Positions 1 through 13,443 of a DNA stretch of 64,000 nt are shown here, piece by piece. The stretch comes from Podarcis melisellensis (lineage: Eukaryota), in the NCBI GenBank assembly GCA_964234715.1, contig OZ174281.1; one strand, written 5' to 3'. A model generated the notes under the pieces. It had not been told where the DNA came from. It did no database searches and worked only from the letters and a program-made list of their open reading frames with translations. How positions within the stretch are numbered: position 1 is the stretch's first letter; the number at the start of each line of letters is the position of its first letter. Position numbers and translations under genes: made by a program.

Positions 1-1290
1 ATCCAACCTCTGTTTATAAATTGAATTAAGTGCAATTCAAGTGTTCAATGTGCTTTAAATGTCTTCAGCTGGTGTAGTGTAAGAAACAGAATAGTAATGC
101 AGTTTGTGTCTTGCATTTGGCATGATCTCAGCATGTTCCCTTAAGTAAGCCACATTTCCCTCAATGCTCTTCCTTCAGTATGGAAATAATTGCACTAATA
201 CTATATAATATTATACATTATAAGTATTATAACCCGGGAGGTAATGTAGCTGTTCTGACAAATCCTGGATATTTGAGGAACTTTACTCAGCTTTAGCTCC
301 AGACTTAGCCTGCAATCTTTTGCACTGCGCTGGTGGTGGTAGGGTTTGGATTGTTGGAGCTGTTCCTCAGCCAAGCCCTACCAGCCTCTACTGGCCTCTA
401 CCCATAGGGGGTCACTCTGCTGGGGCAGAATTGCCTGTTCCCTCTGCCAAATGTATGCTTGGTTAGAAGTCATGCCAGTGGGATCTCCACTCATGGCAGC
501 TGATGAAAAATTCTGAAAGGGGACAAGGACAGGGAGAGACAGGAGCCAGTCCCACTACTGTCCCGTGGTGGCACTGGGCCTGATGTGGGTCTAAGTGAGG
601 TGCCCCTCCACCTTCTGCCCAGACCAGCAGCAACGCTGCGGATGTGACAGTGGTCTCTTTGCTCTGTTATGCCTCACAACGCCCAAGCCAGGATTTGGAT
701 AACAGCCTTAGTCATGGTTATAGATGATCCACAAAAATCAATGTGGTTTAACTCAGTAATAGCTAACTTGTCAAGTTGATTTCAATGCTTTGGCTCTATG
801 TATGGCCAAGTCTGGATCCAGTCCACTATATACATAACCCTAAATAATACATATACCTTCCAAGATAGCCACAATTCACATTTCTTCAGCAAAAGCAGTC
901 TCTAAGCAGTTTACAACTATAAAATAAATATGATCAACCAGTTGTGCATCTCCAGCTAAATAACCAATATCCACGCTCTACTCTAGAAGACCACTGCCAA
1001 TTAGTCTTGACCTGGTGGTGGATTTTATATCACACATACTGAAACATGATTGATCTACACAATACAGGTAAAAAGAAAAAAAAGTGTGGTCTATGTTTGC
1101 CTCCACACCCCAGCATGAAGCCAGACACAGTTAATGGTTTTGTCTATGTACCACAACTTATTTACTTACAAGTCTGATCTACATATGATTAAATAATACT
1201 ACTTCTATAACCTCAGTGATGACATACTTAATGCCAAGATGGAGGCTAGGAACTGTCTTTTCTGCCAGACACATTAAACAGTTGTCGCCA

Positions 1291-1348
1291 TTCAATATTG
1301 ATCCAATACTTGGACATTGTTGGGTCCAAGTATTGGATCAATATTGAA
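1291..1348. repeat. Perfect inverted repeat, 25-bp arms and 8-nt loop
   Basis: TTCAATATTGATCCAATACTTGGAC-attgttgg-GTCCAAGTATTGGATCAATATTGAA. Confidence 0.95.
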
Positions 1349-2457
1349 ACTGGTCTTTTCTCTTCAGTGCCCTCCCTCCCAGCTCCACTGAGTGCAAATG
1401 AGGACCTTTAGGTATCATCAGCTCTGAGCCAGTAAGTGCTACAGTCAATGAGATCATCCGTACAGACGAATAATTGCCATCACCAGATTCTCCCAAATTA
1501 GTAAGAATACCATGGAGGTTGGTTTGGGTAACTCTCCTTTCAGGTCTTGGGCTGCTCACTATAGGATCCTTTTGCTTTCTAACCTACATAGCACTTGCCA
1601 GTTGTGACACATTTAAAAAGAATGGCTGGGGTCCAAATACAGCCAGTCTTTAATTACTGACTGCCTAGCAGATGAGAAAGCTCCTGTCATTCATCCTCTC
1701 ATTTGGCCAATTTAGCAACAAGAACAAAGTACTACCATTCAGCCCCAGTTGGGAACTGATAGATCCTGCCTTGTTTGAAGCTAGAAGGAGAAGGCCACAT
1801 ACTGCCATGCCAAACAGAGGCCTAGAGATGGTGCCCACCCCAACTGTCCACATAGGCAGCGTTGAGAACATGCTGCACAATTTACACCTCCAAAAGATTA
1901 AAGCAAAAGCGTCTTCTGTGGAGTTCAAAGATACACATAAAAAGGTTGCATCCACATTACACATGACCTCCTACATTAAAACAATGGGTTAAGCATTGCA
2001 TCCAGTGCTCAATTAAATACCAACAATTTGATCAGTGAAATTCAATCTGCACTGTTAAATGAAACAGGGAAACTCTAGATCCGAACCATGATGTCAAAGT
2101 ACTTTGTACAATGTTCTTCAACATGAACCACAAGTAGCCTATTCAGACTTTTGTAAGGACTCTAGTATATCCGAAATTAACATCATTTTAGACCTAGTGA
2201 AGCCATATCATATTATTTTAAATCCAGGTAGCTACAATGCACTACTGGTGAAAAATGATACATTGTACTCCAATAATTCAATGTTGTAGTTGACCATTCT
2301 TGATTCAAAAGGAAAGAAAGAAGGGGGCTATGATTATAAAGTAGAAGCATCAGCACATTGCTCCCACCCCATGTCATGAAATGATCAGAAAATAATTATC
2401 TTCCTCATTTACTATATTATTTAATGTTCAAGCTACTTATGCTGGAAAGCTGGAATA

Positions 2458-2708
2458 CGATCGTACTTTGGATCCAAAACACCCTGGAACTCGGACGTTT
2501 TGGCTCCCAAATGCCGCAAACCCGGAAGTGATTGTTCTGGTTTGCAAACATTCTTTTGGAACCCAAATGTCCAGTGGGGGTTCCGATACCTCTGATTGGC
2601 TGCAGGAGCTTCCTGCATCCAATCAGAGGCAACAATTTGGTTTTCAAACGTTTTGGAAGTCCAACAAACTTCTGGAACGGATTCTGTTTGACTTCCAAGG
2701 TATGACTG
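2458..2708. mobile_element. Non-autonomous Tc1/mariner-pogo-type MITE
   Basis: TA flanks, degenerate TIR (CAGTCGTACCTTGGA-like) and an internal hairpin at 2579-2619. Confidence 0.7.
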
Positions 2709-3221
2709 TACAACCTGGGAGTAAGCACTATTGAACTCAATAGCACACAACTCTGCCATACAGAAAGAAGTGCACCTCCTCAATGACATAATAAAAACGT
2801 CGGCACATTCCACACCCATTCATAAGATTAAATGAGCAATATATATATCCATCTAACTTCATTTAATTTCATGTTCCCACTATTCAAATTCCAAAGCTTA
2901 AATCCTAAGCACTCTTACTTGAGAGAAAGTCACATTGAATTCAACAGGACTCACATCTTGGTAGATATGGTTAGGACTGAACTGGAAATCTCAAAATGCA
3001 ATGGAGAAAATAGACTACACCTGCAACAGATAGTTTAGCCTCAGCTGTTTATTATATATAAAGAAGGTGATGATTCATGAATCTAGATGGAAAATTAACT
3101 AAAGACTGAAAATTTAAAAGGCAGGTACACATGCTGTATAAAAAGGTTGCATTGCAATGCCACTTAATGGTAAAGAACTACAGAGTGTACAACACATGTA
3201 AATATAGAGAACAAACCTTAC

Positions 3222-5642
3222 CTCTTCACCATTAGCCATCTCAGAATGAAAATTGTTTCCTTCATTGCCTGTAAAAGGCACAGCAGGTTTCTCACTGCTA
3301 AGAATATTGTCTACCATCTGAACACTGGGTGTCAGGAAGGCAAACTCATTCTTCCTGGTCTCAGAAGACAGACACAGCTGGTAGGAATAGGGCAAAGTCC
3401 CATCTTCAAAGTTGGGTGGGAAGATGGCACCATTCTTGGAATGGGGAACAGGACCAAAGCACTGTAGGAACCTGGGATGCCCTGATTGACGGAGCTTCAT
3501 TGTAACGGCCAGAATCACAGTCAAGAGGAACAAGAAGGAGATCACAGCTAAGGCCAGCACCAAGTAGAACTGCAGGTCAGACTGATACTCCGAGCTGCTG
3601 GGTTGGCTCTTCATTTCCGGAAGGGCCTCCTGAAAGTTCTCAGCAAACACCAGGTTCAGAGTCATGGTGGCCGAGAGAGACGGCTGCCCGTTATCCTTCA
3701 CCATAATGACCAGTCTCTGTTTCACAGCGTCTCTCTCCACAAAGGCCCTGGCTGTCCTGATCTCTCCAGTATGAGAACCAACCGTGAAGAGTGCCGGCTC
3801 AGTGGCCTGAGTCAGGTGGTAGGAGAGCCAGGCGTTGTGTCCAGAATCTGCATCCACGGCCACCACCTTGGTGACAAGATAATCTGCCTCGGCCGAACGA
3901 GGCACCATCTCAAACAAGGCTGAGCCCTTGGCTTCTTGTGAGGGGGACAGGATACGAGGGCTGTTATCATTCCTGTCAAGAACAAACACCCTGATGCTCA
4001 CATTGCTGCTGAGAGGGGGAGAACCCCCATCTTGGGCCTTCACTTGCACCCGAAACTCTCTGAATTGTTCATAGTCAAAGGATCTCTGGGCATAGATGGT
4101 GCCAGTCTCAGAATTAATGGAGATATAGGAGGAGATGGGAAGCTCCTCAATGTTGCTGTTGAGTATGGAGTATGTGATCCGTGAGTTCTGATCCATGTCG
4201 GAATCAGAGGCTTTGATGGTGAAAATGGAGGCACCTGAAGGATTGTTTTCTGGCACATAGATATTGTAGGATGATTTCTGAAATGTAGGGGCATTATCAT
4301 TGATATCTGAGATCTGTAGAGAGATCGTTTTGTGTGTGGAAAGAGGTGGAGTTCCTTTGTCAGTGGCTGTGATTGTAATATTATATGCAGGAGTTTTTTC
4401 TCTGTCCAAAGGGCTGACTGTCAGAAGTTTGTAGAAATTGTTAGATGAGGAAATAATCTTGAAGGGCAAATCACTGTTTAAATAGCAGGTAACCTTTCCA
4501 TTATCACCAGCATCTTTGTCATTTACATTGATCAGAGCAATTAAGGTTCCAGGTGGCGAATCTTCAGGAACAGGGCTGAACATGGAGGCTAATGTCACAT
4601 CCGGGGCATTATCATTCTCATCAAGAACCCTTATCTCAATATTGGAATGAGTCACCAATCCTCCGCCATCTTTTGCAGCAACCGTCATAGTATATTCATC
4701 GTTGTCCTCAAAATCCAGTCGCTCCAAGAGGGTGATTATGCCACCAATGGGATCTAGACTGAATTTCTCTTGGGAAGTTGCTGGTATGTTGCTGAAATAA
4801 TACCTGATTTGGGCATATGAACCTTCATCATCATCAGAGGCTATGACCTGGAGCACTGTGGACCCAATAGGAGCATTTTCACTTAAAGTGACCTTGTACA
4901 CCTCTTGAGTGAAAATGGGAGGGTTGTCATTGGCATCGGTGATATTAATCCGTATCTGGGCTGTTCCAGTTTTCCTAGGCTCGCCCCCATCCATTGCGAT
5001 AAGTACTAAGTGAAGGGTTTGTTCTTTTTCCCGATCCAAAGATTTCTGCAACACCAATTCTGCATATTTATTTCCATCTTTTCTCTCTCTAACTTCCAAA
5101 GAGAAATACTGATTGGAGCTCAGCTGGTAATCCTGGAGAGAGTTCATCCCAATGTCAGGATCTTCCGCTTTCCCAAGGAGAAAGCGGGCCCCAGGCAAGG
5201 TTTGTTCTCCTGTCTCCAAGTTGATGTTGCCATTGAGGAATTGGGGTGCATTATCATTAACATCCTGGATTTCTACTGTTACATGGAAAACATTCAGCGG
5301 GTTTTCCACCACAACTTCAAACTGAACAAAGCAAAGTGGATTTTTGCCACATATCCCCTCCCTATCAATCCTGTCATTTACATAGAGGTTTCCATTCTCT
5401 GCATTGATACTGAAATGCTGCATTTTAGCCACAGACACAGTGTGCAGATTGCGATGTTTTAGCTCTTTGGCGCTCAGTCCCAGGTCCTTGGCGAGGTTCC
5501 CCACAACGGAACCCTTTGCCATCTCCTCAGGGGTTGAACAATGAATCTGCTCTGATGCAGCCCAACAGGTAAAAGACAATAGAGAGAGAAGCAGTACTTG
5601 CCTTGTGAGCGCCCTGCCATTCCCTGTGTGCCTTCTCTCCAT
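3222..5642 (-). CDS. PCDHGB: Protocadherin gamma-B-type variable exon V1 (family A, MERRHT...), 807 codons to splice donor
   Basis: Six cadherin repeats (PE, DRE/DFE, DxNDN motifs) and a TM helix. Gamma-B signatures [30 protein letters not shown] and [13 protein letters not shown]. Donor GAG|GTAAGG at 3222/3221; the ORF track reads on into the intron to 3114. Symbol is subfamily level only. Confidence 0.93.
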
Positions 5643-5907
5643 CTGGCTGGTTCTCTCAAAAACAGGCTGCTTCCTTTTCTCAGTTTCCTATGCTTAAGCT
5701 CTCACAGTGATGCAGGAAACAACATGAGGTATCATTGAGGAAGAATAAACTGCCCTTGTTTTGTGCAAAGCAAAAGAGATTTTTCCTTCTCTGCAAGAGT
5801 TCCCTGTCTCTGTGCTCTTCAGCTGGCCTGCTCTGAATAGCAGTGATGGGAGTTACTGCAGTCTAGGAAGCATCAATGGATCTCTATCCTCTCTCTGGCT
5901 CTCACAC

Positions 5908-5948
5908 TGGCCAACACTGACACTTGGAGGACCACTCAAGGAACTGCA
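5908..5948 (-). promoter_or_regulatory. V1 promoter CSE / CTCF site (CAGT variant)
   Basis: TGCAG-N13-CCTCCAAGTGTCAGTGTTGGCCA, ~270 bp upstream of the ATG. The same 41-bp layout occurs before all 11 exons. Confidence 0.8.
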
Positions 5949-6278
5949 AGGAAAACCATGTTGTGCAATGTACAGTACTTTCCCTTTAGCAAATTTCAAG
6001 TTATTTGCTTTCAGTTTGTACACATTAAAACAACAGCTTCTCTGATTGCTGCGCATAACAGCTCACAAGACTCACAACCCAGTCTGGAGATATACAGCCT
6101 ATTGAAAACATGTTTTGCCTTGATGTCTATCCCACTGAAATTGAACCCCCTTGAATGGAAGCTACATACCCAAGGGATCACCAGCAGAGCATTGCCTCAC
6201 TTTAACATGGTTATAGTCTTTTGTCCGTCAGTCTATCACACAACATCAGGGCACACAATTCCTTTCATTAAAATGTAG

Positions 6279-6490
6279 CAACATAAGAAGAGCCTTGCTG
6301 GATCAGAACCCAAGGCCTTTCTTGTTAAGCAGCTTGTCTCCCACTGTGGCATCTCCCACTGGAGGCATCCTGCTCCTAGTACCTGACGGGATATAGTCAG
6401 CACGACTTGCGGCCACCATGAAGTTGTCTATAAGGCATCCAAGTTAGTGGCCATCACAGCTTTTTGTGGGAGCAATTCCCATAAGTTATT
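6279..6490 (-). mobile_element. CR1-like LINE 3' fragment (paralogs ~18918-19135 and ~30475-30690)
   Basis: aacataagaagagcc(c/t)tgctggatcag motif, typical of squamate CR1 3' UTRs. Same position in three duplicated units. Confidence 0.6.
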
Positions 6491-7770
6491 TATTTACTGA
6501 AATGTGTAAAGTATGTGTGATTGTTCTGTAAAAAATAATAATAATGGCTGGATACAAGTTTGAATAGTTTTATATTATACACTCTAAGAAAGCATACCGA
6601 TTTATAAAGTTTCTAACAGTGTGTGCACGTCTGTATTATCTTGAACCTTATTGCACAAATTAAGTATGAAAATGTTCTATTTTCCCACCACAATGTTATC
6701 AGTCTCCCCACTCTGACTCTTACCATATTCATTAGTTTAACGATAGATAAAATATCCCATACCCTAATAATGTAAATAATGTATTTACATTAAATAATGT
6801 AAAGCTGGTGTTCTTAACCACACACTCCACTCAACTTATACCAAATAGTTGTTCTTGCTATAGTTAATAAGTCTTGGACTAATCCTCTGCTAGTATTAAA
6901 CCCTTAATACAACTGAATAAAACAATCAGAATAACCGTTGATAAAGTGTATCCTGTTATTATTTCAGCTTCCCTTATTATATCCACCTGGAACCTTTCAT
7001 TTCAGGACATGCCCCACAAAAATGTTGCTTCCTAGCATTGGTTGCCTTGCACTTCCCACTTAAATTACTTGCTGTCCTGTAGATCTGGTTGAAATGTGGC
7101 ACTGGGAGGACCATATCGCTTCTCCCTTGTCTTTGATCTAAACTAAATATTGTTAAGCATTGCATTTTTTTCCAAATAAAGAAGTTGTTCCACCCACTTG
7201 ACCATCTTAGTTGCGCTTTTCTGAGCATTCTGCATTTCATACAAGATCTTTATATGTAAATCTTCCAGAGAAGTCCAAAACAGTCCAAAAGATCTACTAT
7301 GAACAAATAGGAAGCATTCATGTTTTACACATTTTTCAGTTAACTCAAATCACAACAGGATGAATAAACTATGTGAGTGAGTGAAGTAAAAATCCACATA
7401 TTTAACCTCTGGGAGGAACTAAAAAATAACTACTGTATATAATGATAGTGATATTTTAATAATCTACAGGAAGAAAATTACTAGAAGGTAGAACAGGATA
7501 TAAATTCCATAATTCATGAAGACTCACCTGAACCTCATTTTCAGACTCAGCATTGAATTTGCCTCTGTCACTGCAATTTGTAGACTACTTGTAAAAAAAA
7601 GTTTTCTACAGTCTGAACAGCTGGTGCTAATAATATAACTTGATTTTTTTTTAGTTCTCTCATTTAGTAAATCAGGCAGTTAAGAGGAAAACAACTAAAA
7701 ATACTAGTTTTGCTCATACAAGGAGCAAGGTTGTGGTGCCTACATCACAGTTTCTGAAAGCAAAGCTTAC

Positions 7771-10200
7771 CTGCTCACCAACCTCCTCTTTGGCACTGGC
7801 ATCCCCACAGTTGCCATCCACAAGAACCACCTGAGAGCTATCATTGCATAGCAAGTTTTCTGACACCTGGATATGGGGTTTCGGGAAAGAGATCTGCTCT
7901 TTCCTCATCTCTGACGATAGGCAGAGTTGGTAGGAATAAGGTAAAGTTCCTTCTTCATAGTTTGGTGGAAATATGACCTGCGCCTTAGGAAAAGTATTAG
8001 GTTCAAAGCATTGGAATAATTTGGGATTTCCTGATTGTCGAAGTTTCATGACAATGACCAGTATCACCGTCAGGAGGAACAAAAATGAGATCAATGCCAA
8101 AGCCAGCACCAAGTAAAACTGGAGGTCAGAATGATGCTCTGTGTCACTGGATTGCCTAGTCATTTCTGGAAGTGCCTCTTGGAAGTTCTCAGCAACCACA
8201 AGGTTGAGGACCACAGTAGCTGAGAGTGGAGCCTTCCCATTGTCCTTCACCAGGATGACCAGCTTCTGTTTCACAGCATCTTTCTCCAGAAGGGCTCGTG
8301 ACGTCCTGATCTCTCCCGTGTGGGTCCCAATGATGAAGAGGGCCGGCTCTGTGGCCTGCAGCACTTGGTAGGAGAGCCAGGCATTGTGCCCAGAGTCAGC
8401 GTCCACAGCCACCACTTTGGTCACTAGGTAGCCTGGCTCTGCTGAATGAGGAACCATCTCAAACAAGGCAGAGCCCTCGGCGCCCGTGAAACGATACAGA
8501 ACGCGAGGGCTGTTATCGTTCTGATCCAAAATGTACACCCACACGGTGGTGTTGTTGCTGAGAGAGGGAGAGCCGCCATCTTGGGCCTTCACTTGGATCT
8601 GAAACTCCCTGAATTGCTCATAGTCAAAGGAGCGCTGTGCATAGATAGTTCCCGTCTCAGAGTTGATGGAGACGTAAGAGGAGAGAGGCAGCTCCTCCAT
8701 GTTGCTGTTGAGGATGGAGTAAGTGATACGTGAGTTGCGGTCCAGATCCGGGTCTGTGGCTTTGATGAAGAAAATGGAGGCACCTGAGGGATTGTTTTCA
8801 GGCACAAAGACACTGTAGGTTGATTTTTCAAAGGCAGGGGGGTTGTCATTGATGTCTGAAATCTGCAGGGAGATGGTTTTGTTGGAGGAGAGAGGGGGTC
8901 TACCTTTGTCGGTGGCCGAGATTGTGATGTTGTATCCTGAGGCTTTTTCTCTGTCCAAAGGACTGTCTGTGAGGATTTTATAGTAGTTATTAGATGTTGA
9001 CACTATTTTAAATGGTACATTACTTTGTAAGTGGCAGGTGATCTTTCCATTTTCTCCAGAATCCCTATCCTTTACATTGATGAGAGCTATTACTGTTCCG
9101 GAAACAGAGTCTTCAGGAACTGGACTAGATAAGGAGGTCAGAATGATCTCTGGAGCATTGTCATTCTCATCTAGAATCTTTATATTGACATTAGAGTGAG
9201 CCACTAATCCTCCTCCATCTCTTGCTTCAATTGTCATACTGTACATCTCTGTTTCCTCAAAGTCAAGAGCTTCCTTAATTGTAATGGTTCCACTTTGTGG
9301 AACTAGGTCAAATTTTTGGTAGGTTCTTTTGGGAATATTACTAAATGTATAATGAATTTGGGAATTCAGACCTTCATCTCTATCAGAGGCTTTTACTTGG
9401 AGTATGGGGGACCCTACAGGGGAATTTTCCCTCAGGCTAACTGTATAAACCTCTTGAGTGAAGACTGGTGGGTTGTCATTGGCATCTGTGACGTTAATCC
9501 ATATCTGGGCAGTCCCAGTTTTTCTGGGCTCACCCCCATCCAGGGCCGTAAGGATCAACTGAAGCGAGTGCTCACTTTCCCGATCCAAAGCTTTCTGCAG
9601 CACCAATTCTGCATATTTATGGCCATCTTCTCCCTGTCGAATCTCTAGAATGAAATAGTGATTTGGACTTAGCTGGTAATTCTGGAGAGAATTAGTCCCA
9701 ATATCAGGATCTTCAGCTTTCCCAATATGAAATCTTGTACCTGGTAATGTGGATTCAACAATTTCAAGCCTCATGATTTCATTTAAAAACTGTGGCATAT
9801 TATCATTAATGTCCTGAATTGCTACAATAATATGGAAAACATTTAAAGGATTTTCAACCACAGCTTCAAAATTAATCAGACAGTGCACACTGCCCCCACA
9901 TATTTCCTCACGATCTATCCTTTCATTTACATACAGGTTTCCATTTTGTGCATTGATAGTGAAATATGACTTTTTACCTTCAGAAATGATATGCAGGTTT
10001 CTGCTCTTCAGTTCTCTGGCATTCACTCCTAGATCCTTGGCAAGATTTCCCACCAAAGACCCCTTTGCCATCTCCTCAGGGATGGAATAGTGAACCTCTT
10101 CCAAAACTGCTCCACAGAACAAAGATGAAAATATCAGAAGTGTTATATACCTTCCTGGTGTTTGAAAGCTCTCTCCATGAAGGATTCCTCTCATCTTCAT
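7771..10200 (-). CDS. PCDHGB: Protocadherin gamma-B-type variable exon V2 (family B, MKMRGIL...), 810 codons
   Basis: Six EC repeats, [15 protein letters not shown]. First ATG at 10200 (ORF-track start 10224 is GTG). Donor CAG|GTAAGC at 7771/7770. Confidence 0.92.
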
Positions 10201-10440
10201 TTTCCTCTTCTCTTTGATGAGCACAGGATTTCAGATTTCCACCAAGACAGGAGATTTTTTTGCCCAGTAAAAAAAGAACTGGATCCTTTGGATTAATTTG
10301 TATATGCTGCAGTGTTTTCTGTTTTCCAGCTGAAACGTTTGTTGCAGCGTCTGCTGGTATTCCCGATGTGCAGTTTGGGACAAAGAGATCTCTCTGCAGA
10401 AAGCATCAGTGGAACTTCAGCTGCCCTTGGGTTGCCGCCT

Positions 10441-10481
10441 TGTCCAACAGTGACACTGTGAGTCTGAAGCAGAGAACTGCA
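10441..10481 (-). promoter_or_regulatory. V2 promoter CSE / CTCF site (CACT variant)
   Basis: TGCAG-N13-ACTCACAGTGTCACTGTTGGACA. Confidence 0.8.
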
Positions 10482-11253
10482 ATCTTTTCCCAGTGATTTT
10501 TCTCCCCAATACATGTCACAGAAGGTCTCTGTTGGTGTTTATATGTGATGACTCAAGGCAGGCTTTTAAACAGAATATGTGAACCTTCTTTACTAGGTTT
10601 AATTTTCACTCCAATCTTGATATTTTGTAGGTTAATTTTTTACTCTATGTTGATAGAGATATTTACAATTATTTCCAAGCTTATTAATGTGCAGTGTTGC
10701 TGACAAAAATGGAATTACAGGCTGCACAATTAAACATTATCATTTATAGTATGGGGCTATTAAAAAAATTGAGGAAAATATATTATTGCCTATAGTTAGG
10801 CCTTAGGCCATGAACCTTAGACACAAGAATGTCTGCTTTTAGAGGTATGTATCTTTCTGTGTTTGAGTGCATATCCTAAGGAGGCATCTTGTATTACATT
10901 GCTTATCACTGAAATTAGTCCCACATCTCATGCTTAGTTTTGTCATCTCGCCCCGTATTAGTGCTCAAATTATTGGTCTATTTGTGTGGACATCCCCTTC
11001 AATAGGTTTATTTAGCAGCTCTCAACTTTGCCATTGTTCCCCCCACATCCATGTGCTTCAGTGATTCAGTCACGGTAGATAGATTTCCAATTTCTAGTGT
11101 TAATTTAATTTACTATGTGTGTTTCTGACCTTGCACATCTACTTCACAGTCTCACAGGTATGGCTCATCACCCTCCTCTTTACACAGAACAATAACATTA
11201 TAGGTTTATTGTAAGCCAATAGTATGTAAGGGATCCTGAGTATGCAGCTTGAA

Positions 11254-11284
<31 letters not shown>

Positions 11285-11288
11285 CACA
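11254..11288. repeat. (AC)n microsatellite
   Basis: Seen directly. Confidence 0.9.
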
Positions 11289-12573
11289 AACTTCCTCTGC
11301 ACGGCCTGGTTGGCCTCCACTGGTTTCCACCCACAAAGTGATGCTAGTGCCACTCTGCTGGTGCATAATTGCCCATTGTTAGTAGACCTTTCAGCATGAA
11401 TCAGATTGGAATAATCACTTTCAGTTTCTGGAGTTCAAATGCTTCATTCATGCAGAAAATATCTACAGGATGATTAGTGATGAGAGAGAAAAACAGAAGA
11501 CATCTTATCTCAACAAGTTGGGAGACAACAACAAAATCGTTCAGCTTTTAGGGGTGAAGTTAACTTAGACATAATAGATACAAACAAGTGCTCACTAGAT
11601 TGTTACACAATCAAGGATTAATTATAAATTATTAGCAGATGACATCCAATTGTCTTACAGACTACACTCTGGATTTGTGTAGGGGATACCCTGCAAGGCA
11701 GCAGAGTTTTGGATCAGAGTTTTCCTTTTCCTAAATGTGTTACCTTCCCAGGTTGAAGAGGAAGTGATCTGCCACTCACTTCCCTCTACGGCATGTGCAG
11801 TAACCACCTTCTTGATTGCTGAACCCACTATTATTTTGTCTGCTCAATCCACCAGAACTTGTCTTCACATGCAGAGAAAGTCCCTAACTCACTGAGGGTT
11901 TGAGACCCATCAGCTATCCTCACTTGCTTTAGCCAGTCAGTCAAAGCCATATCCCAGGATGTGACCACTGCCATAGTGCCTGTGTGCATGGTGGGGACCA
12001 AAGACAGACAAACTACCTCAGAGGTAGGATGACGTTTCTCCTTTGATGCCCACCCACCAGGGTCCAAGTATTAGATCAATATTGAAACTGGTCTTTGCTC
12101 TTCAGTGCCCCCCCCCCCGTTCCACTGAATGCAAATGAAGACCTTTAGGTATCATCAGCCCTGAGCCAGTAAGTGCTACAGTCAATGAGGTCATCCGTAC
12201 AGACGAGTAATTGCCATCACCAGATTCCCCCAAGCTAGTAAGAATGCCATGAAGGTTGGTTTGGGTAGCTCTCCTTTCAGGTCTTGGGCTGCTCACTATA
12301 GGATCCTTATGTTTTCTAACCTACATAGCACTTGCCATTTAAAAAGAATGGCTGGGGTCCAAATACAGCCAGTCTTTAATTACTGACTGCCTAGCAGATG
12401 AGAAAGCTCCTGTCATTCATCCTCTCATTCGGCCAATTTAGCAACAAGAACAAAATACTACCATTCAGCCCCAGTTGGGAACTGATAGATCCTGGCTTGT
12501 TTGAAGCTAGAAGGAGAAGGCCAGATACTGCCATGCCAAACAGAGGCCTAGAGATGGTGCCACCATGCCCACG

Positions 12574-13101
12574 CCAACTGTCCACAGAGGCAGCGTTGAG
12601 AACATGCTGCACAATTTACACCTCCAAAAGATTAAAGTAAAAGCGTCTTCTGTAGAGTTCAAAGATACACATAAAAAGGTTGCATCCACATTACACATGA
12701 CCTCCTACATTAAAACAATGGGTTAAGCATTGCATCCAATGCTCAATTAAATACCAACAATTTGATCAGTGAAATCCAATCCTCACTGGTATATGAAACA
12801 GAGAAACTCTAGATCTGAACCATGATGTCAAAGTACTTTGTACAATGTTTTTCCCAACTGTTCACAGAGGCAGCATTGAGAACATGCACAACAATTTACA
12901 TCTCCAAAAAATTAAAGCAAATGCATTTTCTGTGGAGTTCAAAGATGCACAAAAAATGTTGCATCCACATTACAGATGAAGTCCTGTATTAAAATAATGG
13001 GTTACATGTTGCAGCCAATGTTCAATTAAATGCCAACAATTTAAGGAGAGGAACCCAATTCTTGCTATTGAATGGAACAGGGAAATTCTGTATCTGAACC
13101 A

Positions 13102-13102
<1 letters not shown>
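12574..13102. repeat. Diverged ~280-bp tandem duplication
   Basis: 12574-12850 is repeated at 12854-13102; single copy at ~1840-2110. Confidence 0.75.

Positions 13103-13103
<1 letters not shown>

Positions 13104-13143
<40 letters not shown>
13104..13143. repeat. (GT)n microsatellite
   Basis: Seen directly. Confidence 0.95.
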
Positions 13144-13146
<3 letters not shown>

Positions 13147-13409
13147 AATGATCTTCAATATAAACTATAGGCAACCTATTCAGATTTGTAAATATAAGCA
13201 GCCTAGTGCTAGATTAAAATCAGTTTACCGTATTACATAAATCCAGATTGCTACAGCTCACTACAGGTTAAAAACTATACAGATACACTATATTGTAATA
13301 ATTGGGTGAATGTTGTAGTTGTCCATTCTTGAGTTAAATTGATGCCAAAAAACACAAGGTACTTAGATCATCATGCCACAACGTACTTTATGCAAGGTAT
13401 ACACGTGCG

Positions 13410-13410
<1 letters not shown>

Positions 13411-13443
<33 letters not shown>
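13411..13443. repeat. (TG)n microsatellite
   Basis: Seen directly. Confidence 0.95.

Noticed and set aside
1338-1660. Small ORFs and a TM-like plus-strand peptide (LVWVTLLSGLGLLTIGSFCFLTYIAL) as a relic exon or small gene
   Set aside because: It is bounded by stops, has no cadherin motifs or CSE, is disrupted by indels in the paralogs, and is deleted in one duplicate.
1-3100. Pcdhg constant exons or C-type exons
   Set aside because: No QAPPNTDWRFSQAQRPG-like coding sequence was recognised. They should lie beyond the left edge of the window.
11680-12060. Probable retroposon fragment abutting the duplicated block
   Set aside because: It looks repeat-derived, but I cannot assign a family or ends without a database search.
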